Positions 12,011-24,190 of a stretch of DNA of 64,000 nucleotides are shown in pieces (the stretch's first letter is position 1; each line of letters starts with the position of its first letter). The notes under the pieces were generated by a model that was not told the origin of the DNA, did no database searches, and worked only from the letters and a program-made list of their open reading frames with translations. The translations under genes and the position numbers were made by a program. The stretch is from Phoronis australis (Eukaryota > Animalia > Phoronida), in NCBI GenBank assembly GCA_002633005.1, contig NMRA01000020.1, positions 1,521,650 through 1,585,649 of the forward strand. Direction: 5' to 3'.

Positions 12011-13272
12011 GTATATTGTGTAAAATACATGTGGTTGTTGATGGCATGGGGAGGTAAAGCACAGGTTTGCCGTGACTGGATCTACCCATTTGTATGGTCT
12101 TGGAGATGGCGTGGTGTGAATCAGTGATGTGTGTAGTTGTGAGGAGTGAGAACATGTTTGTCTGGCATTGTAATCTTATTAGTCTTGCTCAGCACATCAC
12201 CGTGGCTTCTGGGTAAAACACTACTTGGTCTTAAGGCAGTGACGAATGCGTGAAGTCTGTGTACATTTAAGTCAGTCACATATTACTGAAACCAGTCTAT
12301 GTTTCCCTTGCCAGTATTTAAACGATCAAAGACTGTTAGTGTTACATTGTGATGTCACTCACAGTAAACCCTGGGTACTTGTTAAGCTGTTACACTGCCA
12401 CTTAGCTCAGATTCTCTGTCTTATTAATCCCTCGTCTCACTTGAGCTCTTTGATGGTAGTGTTGATATGATGCTTTGAACATTGTGTCTTGGTTAATATT
12501 TCATTTCCTGTTTAGGACGCGAGTTCAGACTGTTAAAAACAAGTCTTTTCCATTTAGAACAAATATTTGTTTAAATTACCAGTCTCTTAATGCTTATTTA
12601 ATGGAAAAGAAATTAGCGAAGCTTCTTAATGAGTGATGCATTAAATATAAGCCACCTTTTTATAGAAGACTTTGCTCTTGTTAAAAGCTCAGCATTGAAC
12701 AATTATTGTACTCTGCAGACTCCAACTTCAAATCGCGTAGAGGTTAGAAAGGGACAGACACACAGCTAACTTAAACCATTAATTTTCTTACCAATTTTTG
12801 AAATGAGGCTAGAGGGTACTTTGCAAATTTATTGTTCTGCAGTGAAAGTCGGCCTGATCTCATTTCTAATTCAATTAGCGTTTGCGTGTTTGTGTAGTAG
12901 TTTTCGAAAAAATGATTGTTACTGGCCTTCTACATAATTTTGTCGAAGTTATCACATATGTTGTGAGGGAAGATTGTTATGATTTGTTGATAGAAAAGAG
13001 TGATGGAAGAAAGGACTGTGGACCAAGGATAACAGGAAGGATTCTTGATATTGATTGAAATTTTGGGTTTTGATGTGGAGTAAAAAAAGTGAGCTAACTG
13101 AAATATTTTATGCTTTTTAGTAAGTACAATAGATAACATTACTGCCCAGAAATCCGATTAACATCCGGACAGCAGCTTAACATTAGCATAAATGTTTGTT
13201 GAAAATGAAATGAGGATTTTGCTCTAGAATTTGTGTTCTTGAAAATTACATGTTTAAGTGGTTGCCTTGTAG

Positions 13273-13390
13273 GTCACCTACTATGGCTGGAGGATTATTC
13301 TCTATCAGCCGGGAATACTTTGAAGAGTTGGGTAGCTATGACCCTGGCATGGATATTTGGGGAGGAGAGAACCTAGAACTGTCCTTCAGG
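13273..13390 (+). CDS. GALNT: GALNT exon, Gal/GalNAc-T motif
   Basis: tgtag|G acceptor, |gtacgt donor. Encodes [39 protein letters not shown]. Confidence 0.97.
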
Positions 13391-13958
13391 GTACGTTCAA
13401 CTTGGCTGTATGAAACGCGCGTTCTTATTCACCTGAGATTATGGTGATCACATCTACTCGCTGCGTGCGGTGGGTCTTGTAAGGTGTGAATTGTGTAGCT
13501 GTAGTCCTGTTACTGTCTCTAATGGTGGTACAGTAGGTGAACTGTTATCAGGGCCTTGGCTACCATACTTTACTTAAGTTTTGACTTGACTCGAAAATTA
13601 ACCGCTAGGGTAGCAGGTTTTGATTAAACTTCAACAATGTTACGTTGTGTAACTGGTCAATTGTCCAGTCTGGAGTTAAGTTTGATGTTTACCGGCCAAG
13701 GTCTTACCTGTGAATATGGTGACTGCCTGATAATATATAGTATAATATATGGTAAAATTAGTTACAAAATATTTTAATGACCATAACGTTGTAGCCTGTG
13801 ATATTTCTTAAGACTGAAACCCGAATCATTCGAGACAAACAAGACTTTTATGACGCGTTACTAATCACCAGATTATACATAAATGTGAATTAAATTTTTG
13901 TCAGTCTGTAAGTTATTAAGACGACTATTTGCACATTTGAATTTATTGGCGTGTTTAG

Positions 13959-14144
13959 ATATGGATGTGTGGCGGTACCCTGGAAATCATACCTTGTTCC
14001 CACGTTGGACACATCTTCCGCAAGCGAAGTCCGTACTCGTGGAAGTCTGGAGAGAATGTGGTGAAAAAGAACTCTGTACGCCTCGCCGAGGTCTGGATGG
14101 ATGAGTATAAGAAGTACTATTATGAGAGGTTCAACTTTGACCTG
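13959..14144 (+). CDS. GALNT: GALNT exon, flexible-loop region
   Basis: tttag| acceptor, |gtaagt donor. Encodes [62 protein letters not shown], closely matching pgant9/gly-5-type sequences as I recall them. Confidence 0.97.
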
Positions 14145-14597
14145 GTAAGTTGAGGGGTCAACCACTTTGGTTCCCCTTGCAATTTGTTGAGACAGACATA
14201 CAAAATTATGTCACTTGGAGCAGCAGAGTTTACCATCTTAGGATTGAATGATGTGAATGCCACATCTGACTCGTGCTATGGAAGTAGGCTATCATGTCTG
14301 ACAAGTGTTTATTCTACTTTCAAGCAAATATTGAAATTATATCAGAATTTGTTGTTGAATTATGTACTATACAAAGTAAATAAGAGAAAAGACGATCTAA
14401 AAATGAAATTGGCTTTGACGTGCTTTCCAGATTTTGGGTATTTTTTGAGTAGTGTGTTTTTATTCAGGCACATGTAAAATTAGAAAGTAACTAAAAACAA
14501 GATATTTCAATATGTTGCCAAATGAGGAATCTTGTTACTTATGCCTTGGCCATGGCTGATGGTTCTAGTCTCACCTGTGTGTTTGTTCACTATACAG

Positions 14598-14726
14598 GGC
14601 CAGTACGGGGATGTGTCCGCCAGGAAGGAGCTGCGTAAACGACTCAAGTGCAAGTCATTTGATTGGTACATCAAGAACGTATTCCCTGACCTCTTTGTAC
14701 CAGGAGATGCAGTTGCTTCTGGAGAG
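14598..14726 (+). CDS. GALNT: GALNT exon, end of catalytic domain and linker
   Basis: tacag| acceptor, |gtaggt donor. Encodes [43 protein letters not shown]. Confidence 0.96.
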
Positions 14727-14844
14727 GTAGGTCAGACAAATTATGTAATAGTAGTTTGCCTGTATCACTGATTGGCATTAGCTGATGATGTCTTTTGACA
14801 GGGCATGTTTTACCATTTTTAGACGAAAGACTTCATTGGAAGTA

Positions 14845-15224
14845 ATAGAGAATGGATTTCGTGTGACATGGTGACATTCCGTGACAAAATTTCCTTGCCC
14901 GAAATTCGGTGACATTTCGTGGCAATTTGAGAATTCTGTGACAAAATGTGTGGCAAATATGTCTGATAGTGTTTTGCTGGGTTTGCAGTTATTTTATACT
15001 GCATCAAGTGGTGGTTCCTTTTTTCATAAGTTATAAAATTATGGAATTCGCCGTTATCACTGACAAATATTGCGTCTCGTATATGTGACAAAAGCAAAGT
15101 TGACGTGACTTATACATGCAAAAAGCACCAAAAAGTTGTGACAATTGAGACTTTCCCACGCCTTTTTGAAAATTCTGAGAAGTGACAAATTGTGACGTGC
15201 CACAAAACATGAATCCATTATCTG
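14845..15224. mobile_element. Degenerate MITE with internal GTGACA(A) sub-repeats
   Basis: Imperfect terminal inverted match agagaatggatttcgtg / catgaatccattatct and many gtgaca motifs. A possibly related fragment lies near 42280-42400. Confidence 0.45.
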
Positions 15225-16082
15225 AAATAGCTTAGTGGCATAATGCAGAGCATTTCTCATTTTCACGTTTCCTGTGAAAGGCCTTCTGGTGTGTTCCATA
15301 TCCAAAAGTTTGGCTTGAATAAGAACTCTGATTATTACAGTTCAACTCATCCTAGTCAAGTTTAATTACAACAGGCAACTCAATGAAAAGTTCTTAATTT
15401 TGTTGAAGCTATGTTCTGCCCTTTTCAGCTGGCTAAAAAACGAAAATCGAATTGGGCATTTTACTGTCATGAAATTTGTTTGATAATAGTCCTTACCATG
15501 ATAAGATTCTATTTCCGTTACCAACAAGAACAACAAAATGTTCAGGGACTCAAGAAAACGCTTCTGAGTTTTTTATTGGGGTTGGCCAACCCTAAAATTT
15601 CTAATTTGAAAGTAACGTATCATTATACAAGTGACTTGAGTTAATAACGGAAATCACGGTAAGGACTATTACAGGACCAATTTTATGAGAGTCAAATGAC
15701 TTTTTCATTATTGGCCAGCTAAACAGGGCGAAATGCAGCTTAAATGTTCAAACAAACTGTCATGGGCAATTTTGATATTGTTTCATTGAACAGGAGGTCT
15801 GTTCTAGAAATGAAATCAGAACTTGGCTTAGTTCTATTTTACAAGGCTGTTGGTAGCCAATATGGTCGAATTTTGTGTGCAAGTTCTAATGTCCCGTTCC
15901 TGTAAAAAAACAGCATTTCACATTGATGTACATAGGGCCATCTGAGCAATGAGCAGGCATACAGCTGGTAATTTGAAACACTAATTTGACTAACATATTA
16001 TCCTTATCCAAGCCCAATCTCAGCCATTTTTTGTTTCATTTGACTTGAATTACTGGTATATACTGTCCATACTTACTTATAG

Positions 16083-16187
16083 GTTCGCAGCAAGGCATCT
16101 CCCATGTGCCTGGATAGTCCTGCGGACACTCCGTCATTCAATAAACCAGTCAAGATGTGGCAATGTCACGGACAAGGGGGTAACCAG
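16083..16187 (+). CDS. GALNT: GALNT ricin-B lectin alpha-repeat exon
   Basis: ttatag| acceptor, |gttagt donor. My translation is VRSKASPMCLDSPADTPSFNKPVKMWQCHGQGGNQ, with CLD and CHGxGGNQ motifs; this frame is not in the ORF track. Confidence 0.95.
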
Positions 16188-16757
16188 GTTAGTAGCAAGA
16201 CTTGGGCACCAAATTCAAAGAACTGAGTAAGGTAACCCATTTTAATGGGTCAGGAAATACTTTCATTGATAGCTCCGTGTTTATGTTACTGCCACATGGT
16301 TATTTTCATTTTGAAAAAGAAATAATCATGATTGCTATTGAAACATTGAGTTAGAAAAAAATTATCGTAACTGAAATTGTTCTTAATGGGATCACTTAAT
16401 ATAAATAAATACAACTGAAAAATGATGGTCAGCTTTTTGAAAATTTCATGTGCTTTCTTGAAGCTTAAAATTTTAATTTCATGCCATTACCCTTAGAACT
16501 CTTAGATTAAACATTTGCTTTTCTGTAGGATTCTAAGCCAAGATTTATACCAACTTTGACTGTTGTTGTGAAAAGTACATGAAGAGAGCCAGCGATAATG
16601 TTTCTATGACGCAAAACTGAAATAGTGTGCTGGACAATATCTAACCGTAAAATACATGGCATAACCTTTGAAACACACATGGTCTTTAGTTTTAAAAGGT
16701 TGCAGTTTTAAGCAGTGTTGAATAAGTTCGAATTATTTGTAGAACATAAAATGTTAA

Positions 16758-17418
16758 AGGGAATAGAGTAGTTACCTGTCGGCGAACTGTTTGTGTTTGC
16801 GGACCTAGCTTTCGAGCCCATCCCGGGCCCTTTGTCGGGGTACTGGTGGGAATCTTGGTGTCACATGGTCACCAGTGGGTGGTCCTTGGTGGTTGTCCAA
16901 TCCCACCTGGTGGCAGTTGCTTGCGAGGAGGTGCTGGTAATTAGCTGGTAATTCATATCCACTGTCTGTTCAATTTTGGTTTATTTCTCATGATTTCGAC
17001 TGCTTCTCTGATAGTATTTTGATTGTTAGGTTTGCAAATGTTGTGCGATGTGTCCATATGGTGGTCTACAGCTGTAGGGTTTTCAGATGATATACTGAAG
17101 CACTGTATGAACGAATCACACAACATTTGGAAATCTACAGTCAAAATACTATTTAGAGAAAATAAATATTGGAATCATAAAATCGAGAAACATTCAAAAT
17201 CATGAGCAATAAACCAAAATTGAACAGAGACAGTGGTTATGAATTACCAGCTATTTACCAGTGCCTCTTCACTAGTAACATCTACGAGGTGAGGTTGGAC
17301 AACCATCAAGGCCACCCACTGGTGACCATATGTCTCAAATATTCCCGCCAGTACCCAGATGAAGGGCCCAGGTCCGCAAACACGAACAGGCCGCCCATAG
17401 GTAACTACTCTATCCCCT
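16758..17418. mobile_element. Inverted pair of Penelope-like retroelement 3' ends (GIY-YIG C-terminus plus pLTR)
   Basis: Arms at about 16758-17047 and 17117-17418 are imperfect reverse complements. They translate as REAVEIMRNKPKLNR (-) and KPKLNRDSGYELPAIY (+), the typical Penelope endonuclease tail. Confidence 0.82.
16803..16842 (-). ncRNA. Decayed minimal type I hammerhead ribozyme in Penelope pLTR
   Basis: The minus strand reads ACC CCGACAA A GGGCCC gggat GGGCTC GAAA GCTA GGT. Stems I and II and GAAA are intact, but the core has two changes from CUGANGA. The sister arm has CAGATGA but lacks the GAAA half. Confidence 0.6.
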
Positions 17419-17494
17419 ATACTATGTAACAGCGCCTCCTATGAACATTCATTCCGTCATAAAATGTTGAAATTGTGTACATTTGTTTCTTTAG

Positions 17495-17623
17495 TTCTGG
17501 ATGTTGAGTAAGAGTGGTGAAATTCGCCGTGATGAAGGCTGTATGGACTATACAGGACGGAACAGTGTCAACATGTTTGCTTGTCACAGTCAGAAGGGTA
17601 ACCAAGAGTGGATCTATGGACCG
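17495..17623 (+). CDS. GALNT: GALNT lectin beta-repeat exon
   Basis: ctttag| acceptor, |gtgaga donor. Encodes FWMLSKSGEIRRDEGCMDYTGRNSVNMFACHSQKGNQEWIYGP. Confidence 0.95.
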
Positions 17624-18327
17624 GTGAGACACTCTATTTGGTCGAGTGACCTACATTTGTCTCTACCATATTAATGTTTCTGTATTTCTATCATGGCTAT
17701 GGATAAGTAATTAATAGCTGACCCACAATTCTTCATACACTGCTTACCAAATTCTAGGCACCCAATACAGCCTGTACTGTATATGCAAGTATTTTGTTCC
17801 GCCCATCACTGAAATATTGCATAAAAAGAAATTTTTTACCGAATTCTTTTGCTCGTAAGGGCATGTGACTAAGCTTCATTTCTAGATGCAGACGACTGTT
17901 CCTCATGTAGGTGCATGTCTTAAATAGCAGGTTTTGTTATTTGTTTATGTTTAGTTATTTTTTGCGTGGTCAATATTAAATTGAGTGCACTTAAACATGA
18001 ATCATTTTTTATTGGATAAGTCGCAATTCAGCTGCTTGTTGTAAACATTTTAGTTTTGTTCAAGGGTTTTACACAAAGGCGCATGCATTAGTACCGAATG
18101 CAGGTGCAGCTTTACATATCGGTGTGTGACTCAAATAGACATATATCTAGAGGTGTGCATGGGCCAGTTGCAAAAAACTAGACTAAGTCTATTGCATATT
18201 TATGGACCTTGTAAAAACACTGTCTGTCCATTCTGATGTTTTAGTTTCGTTACTTCGCCAAATTTTGGCTTTTTTTTGGCTTTGATACAAATCGAGGGGA
18301 ACTCAACATTGGCCCAAGAAATGACCA

Positions 18328-18462
18328 ATGAACAGTTGGACTGTGTCAAGTTATTGTATGAACAGTTGGATTGTGTAATGTTATTGTATGAACAGTCGAA
18401 TTGTGTCATGTTATTGTATGAACAGTTGGAGTGTCATGTTATTATATGAACAGTTGGACTGT
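18328..18462. repeat. ~30-bp tandem repeat, about 4.5 copies, upstream of the last GALNT exon
   Basis: Unit atgaacagttggattgtgtcatgttattgt. Confidence 0.85.
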
Positions 18463-18493
18463 GCCGTGTTATTGGTGTTGTTTTCTTTATTAG

Positions 18494-18616
18494 GATAACA
18501 CTCTGAGACATGTGAATACAAATCAGTGTATGGAGGTGTCAGAGGATGGACAGCATCTCTCCATGAAAGCGTGCACTGGCACTGACAGACAGATCTGGCT
18601 GTGGAAGAGGAAGTAG
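18494..18616 (+). CDS. GALNT: GALNT last coding exon, lectin gamma repeat, stop TAG
   Basis: tattag| acceptor. Encodes DNTLRHVNTNQCMEVSEDGQHLSMKACTGTDRQIWLWKRK*, with a QxW motif. Confidence 0.94.
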   Translation, partial: DNTLRHVNTNQCMEVSEDGQHLSMKACTGTDRQIWLWKRK

Positions 18617-21600
18617 TCATATGTTGGTCACAGGTTGATTAGTTTTGTTTAATTCTGGAACAGGTTGTGAGTGAATGAATGGTCCAGAAGATGCCTACAA
18701 ACTGCTGATATTGCATGCATTGTTGTGACATAAAGATACGTAAGGACATTTTTGAGTGTACCATTTAAATTATATTTGACGTGTTTTAATGAAATGAGTG
18801 TCAAAATGGCCCGCAATCCTTTGTTTTAGACATACATGCAGAGTAAAGTTTTCAAAAAATTGTCAAATGGTTGAGTTGATGTTCAGGGTTATTTTATTAG
18901 GATAATGCAATAGTGTTAGTCTGGGTTTGTAATGTTGACATAATTTAATTTGTGCATTCTCACCCAACTCAATTGTTTTAATTGTTGGTTTCTTATAAGG
19001 TTTTAGAGTTGTGCTGTAAATTTAAAGGTAGACACGCGATCATTACAGAAAAGTGTTGGCTGAAGTCAATATTTTTATTGTAAAGCTACATTCCAGGCTT
19101 TTGTAGAAAGTAGCTTCTATTAATTAGAATGTAGTTATTGTTAGGTTGCAAGCCTGGAAGCTATGCATTTGTTGAGTGTTGAAATGTGACAATTCGATGA
19201 CTTGTCTGTATTTTTTGCGTGCAGCTCAACATTGGAGAATTTTGGGACATATCTTCCACTGAGGTGGAACTGTAGCAATGCCACGTGCAGTGTTACTCAC
19301 AACAGACTGAACTTTTTGCTTTATTATTAATATTGTCTGGTTGTACGGTCTGTTCAAATGAGGTGGGTGGTAACTAGTTCTGATAGTTAACGTCTGTGTA
19401 ATGTATTAGAACTATGGCGGCATATGTAGTTTGTAGAAAAGGATGAACATTCATTTGATAGGTGATTCTGATGAAGGGTGTTATTTTGACGGTTTGTTTC
19501 TCAAGTTGTCATAAATGTTGAAAGAACTTGCAAGAAAAGTTTATCGTAGATCATACTTCAAGTGCATTTGTTTGTAAATAGCTTACCTGCAATAGTTTTG
19601 ACATTAATTGAATGCATTTCATTATGTTGGTATATCTCGACAGCCAAGTGTGAAATTTTGTATTACACTTCCACTTCACTACCACTGAATAACGATTGTG
19701 TTGTAGCATTCTCAGCACATGACAGTTGAGCAATACTTGCTACTAATGTATTGTGTAACTAATACTTGCAGTTATATCCACAGAGACTTTGCAGAGGTGT
19801 GACTGAGTTGTTCAGAATTTGTTGTGCGGAGTGTTAGGTGAAATTTATTACTTGTGTCTCAAGTCATTGTTACTGAAACAGACCGATGATCTAAGGGTCA
19901 CATGTGTATTAGTTGTTCTCAAAGGATTGAATGGATCCCAGTCTTTGCGTGCCAACTTAAAACGTATGAAAATCAGGTATTTGTTATCTGATACAAAAGT
20001 CTTTTTGGGAAATTTTGTAAATTTACCGTTAGAAGTGTCAAATTTTATAAGCAAAGGTGGGTTAGAGACAAGCATCCTGGTGTCGTAGTGTTAGTTTGGT
20101 GGGTTAGGTACTCAAGGGGTATGTATGCTGCTCAATTTGTGGTTGTGCTTGTGTCACTCTAGATTTCAAATACAAACGACCTCACTGAACTAGTCACCTT
20201 CGGGGTCGCGAAAAAAGAGATGACTTATCCCAGTGATATGTAAATTGAGGCTAGCCATTGATTGATGGTGCTTGGAAGACTTTGCTATAAAGAGTTGAAT
20301 CTTTGACATTATTTTTATAGAAGTGAAGTCTGACTTTGATCGACAGCTCTTTGCAACAATGAGCACAACTTTACGTGAACTCAAACTGTCACAATTTTAC
20401 TTGTCACGAATGCCCACAAAAATGTTGCACATTAATGTCAGAACCTTTTCCGCTTTTTGGGCAACTAGCGAACAAATGGTGACTTAACCGCAAACATTTA
20501 CACGTAAATGAATGGGGCGTGCATTTGGGAGCAAGAAAGTGTCAACTTATGCAGACCTATGAGTAACACATGGACAAGTTAAGTGAGGTCGCTTGAATTT
20601 CTCCTATTGTAGCTTTTCTCTGCCAAACCTGGGCAGTAACACATGATCAAAAGTTTTGTAGCACAAGTCTTTAAAGGGGGTTATTTGGCTAAAAGATGGT
20701 GTTTTTCCGGATGCAATGGCAGTTCAATATTCACTGGATGGTGGTTGCTGATGAAGAAATGGTCCCTGTTTTATGAGAACAGGCAGCTGTTCAGTCATGT
20801 TGGTGGCAGTGGGACAAGTCCATGTGAATTTGTGTATTTCCAGAGGTATTATTTCACAACCGCCATGTAGCTTCCAAAAAGCAGCATGGTCCAGTTAACT
20901 CAGTAAATGTTGGTATCTTTGGCCCGATGCATAGACAAGTTAAAAGAGCTAGTACAGAAATAGCAGTGCTGCAGTGTTGTCCAGCAAGTTAACATGCAAT
21001 ACATGAATTTGACCTCTTTCTTGATCATTACATTTGTACCAAAGGTCAATTTCCTCTTATTTTTTATACAAACCTGGCCACTTCTCCTTCAGCAGGAGTA
21101 GAAATACAGCAATTTTTCAGCTACTAACTGAAGATTTCCAAAATTTCCTGTAGGCAGGTTGCCTTCATTATCTCAAAATCCTAGAAGAGCCCTCAGAGCG
21201 TTCTCATGGACAAAAAGTTGGAGATGCTCTTTTAGAAACCTATATTGTAGCATGCACCACTTTCAGTCAGCCAATAACTTAGTTATGCTGCATCATGAAT
21301 GGTGAGTGTAACCCAATGGTGACCATGTGGGCAAATAGTGAAGCAACATGACCGACATCTTGCTCACTCTTTGGGTATGTGACGGGCATACTAAACGGCA
21401 GATCCCGAGAGGTGTTCGGAAATTTCCTATATTTTGTAGAAAGTGTGGCATGAACTTGTTTTATTTTATCAAATTTCACACTAAAAGAAAACTTTCTAAA
21501 ATTCTACTTCATCAGTAGCAGGGTTTATACTGTACATATGGCACAAATCCACATTTGGTAACATTTGTGCCAAGACGATCGTTCTTCAGAAATTGAAAAC

Positions 21601-21911
21601 TGGACAATTTTTGTGTGAAATAATTTAATTGCCATGATAGTACAACTTGGTTATGTTTTAAATTTTATTTAAACCAACAGCCTTGTTTTCAGTTGGCAAG
21701 AGCTTACTGGCAATGACTTCATTTTGCTCACTGAAATTTTCTTGTGTTAAATTATTATTTGCAATGACTTAATAGGTTTATTAGGCACGTCCTGTCAAAA
21801 CACTTGTTAGTTAGAGTTAGTTTCTGGCAGGTACTTAATAATGTTATCAGAATTTTTATATAAGGATTAAATGCAGTTGGTGGAAAATAATTGTAATGTT
21901 GATATTGTTGA

Positions 21912-21917
21912 AATAAA
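21912..21917 (+). terminator. Probable GALNT polyadenylation signal (AATAAA), implying a 3' UTR of about 3.3 kb
   Basis: First AATAAA I found downstream of the GALNT stop, followed by a T-rich tract. Confidence 0.45.
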
Positions 21918-22652
21918 ATTGTTTTAATTTTTAAATTATACCTTTTGCTTCATTCTTTTGTCCTATGTACAACTGAGTAACTATATAAATAGAGCTGTGT
22001 GCATTAAGTAATACCAGTGTCGTCACAAAAATAAGTTATGACGTTTACCATGGTCCTTTAGGCAACAAGTTGAGGTAAAATTTGATCAGTAAAAAATATT
22101 TTGTCAAAACCTATAATCACCCGGCCACACAGATTGAGATCAATGATGAGACAAAATTGTGTTCCCTCAACATTATTGGCTGTAGCGCTGTCAAATGGAG
22201 AGCTTGCATGTTCTGCATCTCTCCAAGGAGAACCTACGCAACCTACAGTCATTTAAGAAACAACTGAAGGTTGTTTAGATCCTAATTACAGAATGGCGTG
22301 TCCATCGTGCTAACCTTACAGTGAATTTCTCGTCATTCCCAGTTGAGAACAGACTGTTACTATGGTGTATTCTACTAGCACCTGGCTGTGATGACTGGGA
22401 ATTCCAAGACAATTATTCCATTTCTAATGGTGTGTATTACATTGCACCAATGTTCCATAGATTGTGCGATTGCAACTTTCATGGCTCGACCACTGTCTGT
22501 CCACTTCCAAATACGCATAGCTGTACAAAGCACATAGGACAACACTCTTGTACTGCCCTAGTCTAGTCTACAAGAGTGAGGGTCACAACTCCATCCTGTT
22601 TCACTCAACTCCTGGGTAGAACACATACTAGGCACGTATAGTAGACAAATTC

Positions 22653-22786
22653 CTACATCTTATGAATAGTAGAATGGTCCACTAACTTCTTAAGGTTGTC
22701 CAGATTATCCCACCATCTATACAGGAAGTTCTCTACTATTAGTTGAAACCATGGAGTAATAGGTACACCACTGGTTTTGGATTGTT
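22653..22786 (-). CDS. IDI1: Isopentenyl-diphosphate delta-isomerase, last exon (6)
   Basis: Minus-strand tttcag| acceptor. Encodes EQSKTSGVPITPWFQLIVENFLYRWWDNLDNLKKLVDHSTIHKM*, with the IDI1 TPWF...WW motif and a PTS1-like end. Confidence 0.94.
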
Positions 22787-22838
22787 CTGAAATGGAAACT
22801 TCAAATGTTTTAATAAGGACACGTTGGATGATCAATGT

Positions 22839-22976
22839 ATACAACACAGAGAATTACTTGATGAGCCATAAATAAAAACGTAGTGACTTGAAGCTTGCAA
22901 AGTACAACACAGAGGATTGATTACTTGATGCGCCATAAATAAAAACGTAGTGACTTGAAGCTTGCAAAGTACAACC
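22839..22976. repeat. ~65-bp direct tandem duplication in IDI1 intron 5
   Basis: tacaacacagag...ttacttgatg.gccataaataaaaacgtagtgacttgaagcttgcaaagtacaac occurs twice. Confidence 0.8.
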
Positions 22977-23997
22977 ATGCTTATCAGTTACACTGTGTTT
23001 AAATTTAACATTAGCTTTCCACGACATTTTAATTTCCTTTTAGAGTTGTTCTTCACTTTATTGCCAAAAGCAGTACTCGCTGAATGCTATCTGCAAAATG
23101 ACGCCTTATTCATCTCACAGAAATCTCCTCAATTTTTCCATGACTTTGTGTATCCTGGCTTCTTCATTTTCACATACATTTGTGGGAAACATTTTGCTCT
23201 TTTCTAGGTTTCCATGAGGAGTGAGGAACATGTAGTATTGGGAAAACTGATGCAGGAACAGTCACTCAAAATTGTCCATTTCAGAACAAAGTTTCTGTTA
23301 TTACTTATATAAGGGCATCTGTCAGTCACTTGATTTTTGCATTCCTTTTTCTTCAGAGAGCAACACTTCGCAAAATTTCATGATTGATGACAGCAACGAA
23401 ATTTCAAAAAAGACCATCATAGCGCCATTGTGTTTCTGATGTTAACAAAAATCAATAGGCCTCAAGATAATGACAAGTTACATATTATAATTTTTATGTT
23501 GGTTGGTCGTGCGAGAGACGGGAAAGCTCTAGAACATTCTTGAAAATTCAGGGCATCTACAGGAGTTATGAAATTTTTCAAATGTGATATGGGCTGGTTG
23601 TCGGCTTGTTAACATCCAGTGACATGACAGATAACTTGTGAATGTAATTTGCGTTTTAGCTGGTGAGATTTTACTTAAGCGTGACCATATGGCTTGCACA
23701 TCGAGAACATTTCGCGCAAAAGACTTGCTGACTTATTTAGTCGATGCATTTTGAGACTCGTTTTCAATCTTTTATTTTTACATGATGGTTGCTTTGTCGT
23801 ACTCGCACCTGAAGTTATGTAGCAGCAACATTGATGAAATCCCCCAAATTACATCACTCAAGCGTGAGAAATGTACCAGCATCGGACCTCAGTGAATATA
23901 ACATACACTTCAGTCCACAATCACTGAATGCACGAAATTCATCATTAACCTAGAAAGTGTATATCATCAAATAAACTAACAACAACTATATAAGTAC

Positions 23998-24190
23998 CTA
24001 GAAAGACTTGAAGTTGTTCCTTGTTGACGTAGCGGTAACTTTTTACTTCATTTTCGTTCACATTAACATCGACATCCCCTTGTATAAAGAGAATGTAGTC
24101 TATCTCATGTTCACCCCACACGCCATCAAATGGAACATTGTCAGCTTTGTACAAAATCCTGGTCAGGTAGCGAAAGTTCTCCAGAGGAAC
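23998..24190 (-). CDS. IDI1: IDI1 exon 5
   Basis: ttgcag| acceptor, G|gtactt donor. Encodes VPLENFRYLTRILYKADNVPFDGVWGEHEIDYILF...NENEVKSYRYV, with the catalytic WGEHEIDY motif. Confidence 0.96.

Noticed and set aside
14727-17494. Alternative lectin alpha-repeat exon as in Drosophila pgant9 / C. elegans gly-5
   Set aside because: I found no second CLD...GGNQ|gt exon in either flanking intron; only 16083-16187 is present.
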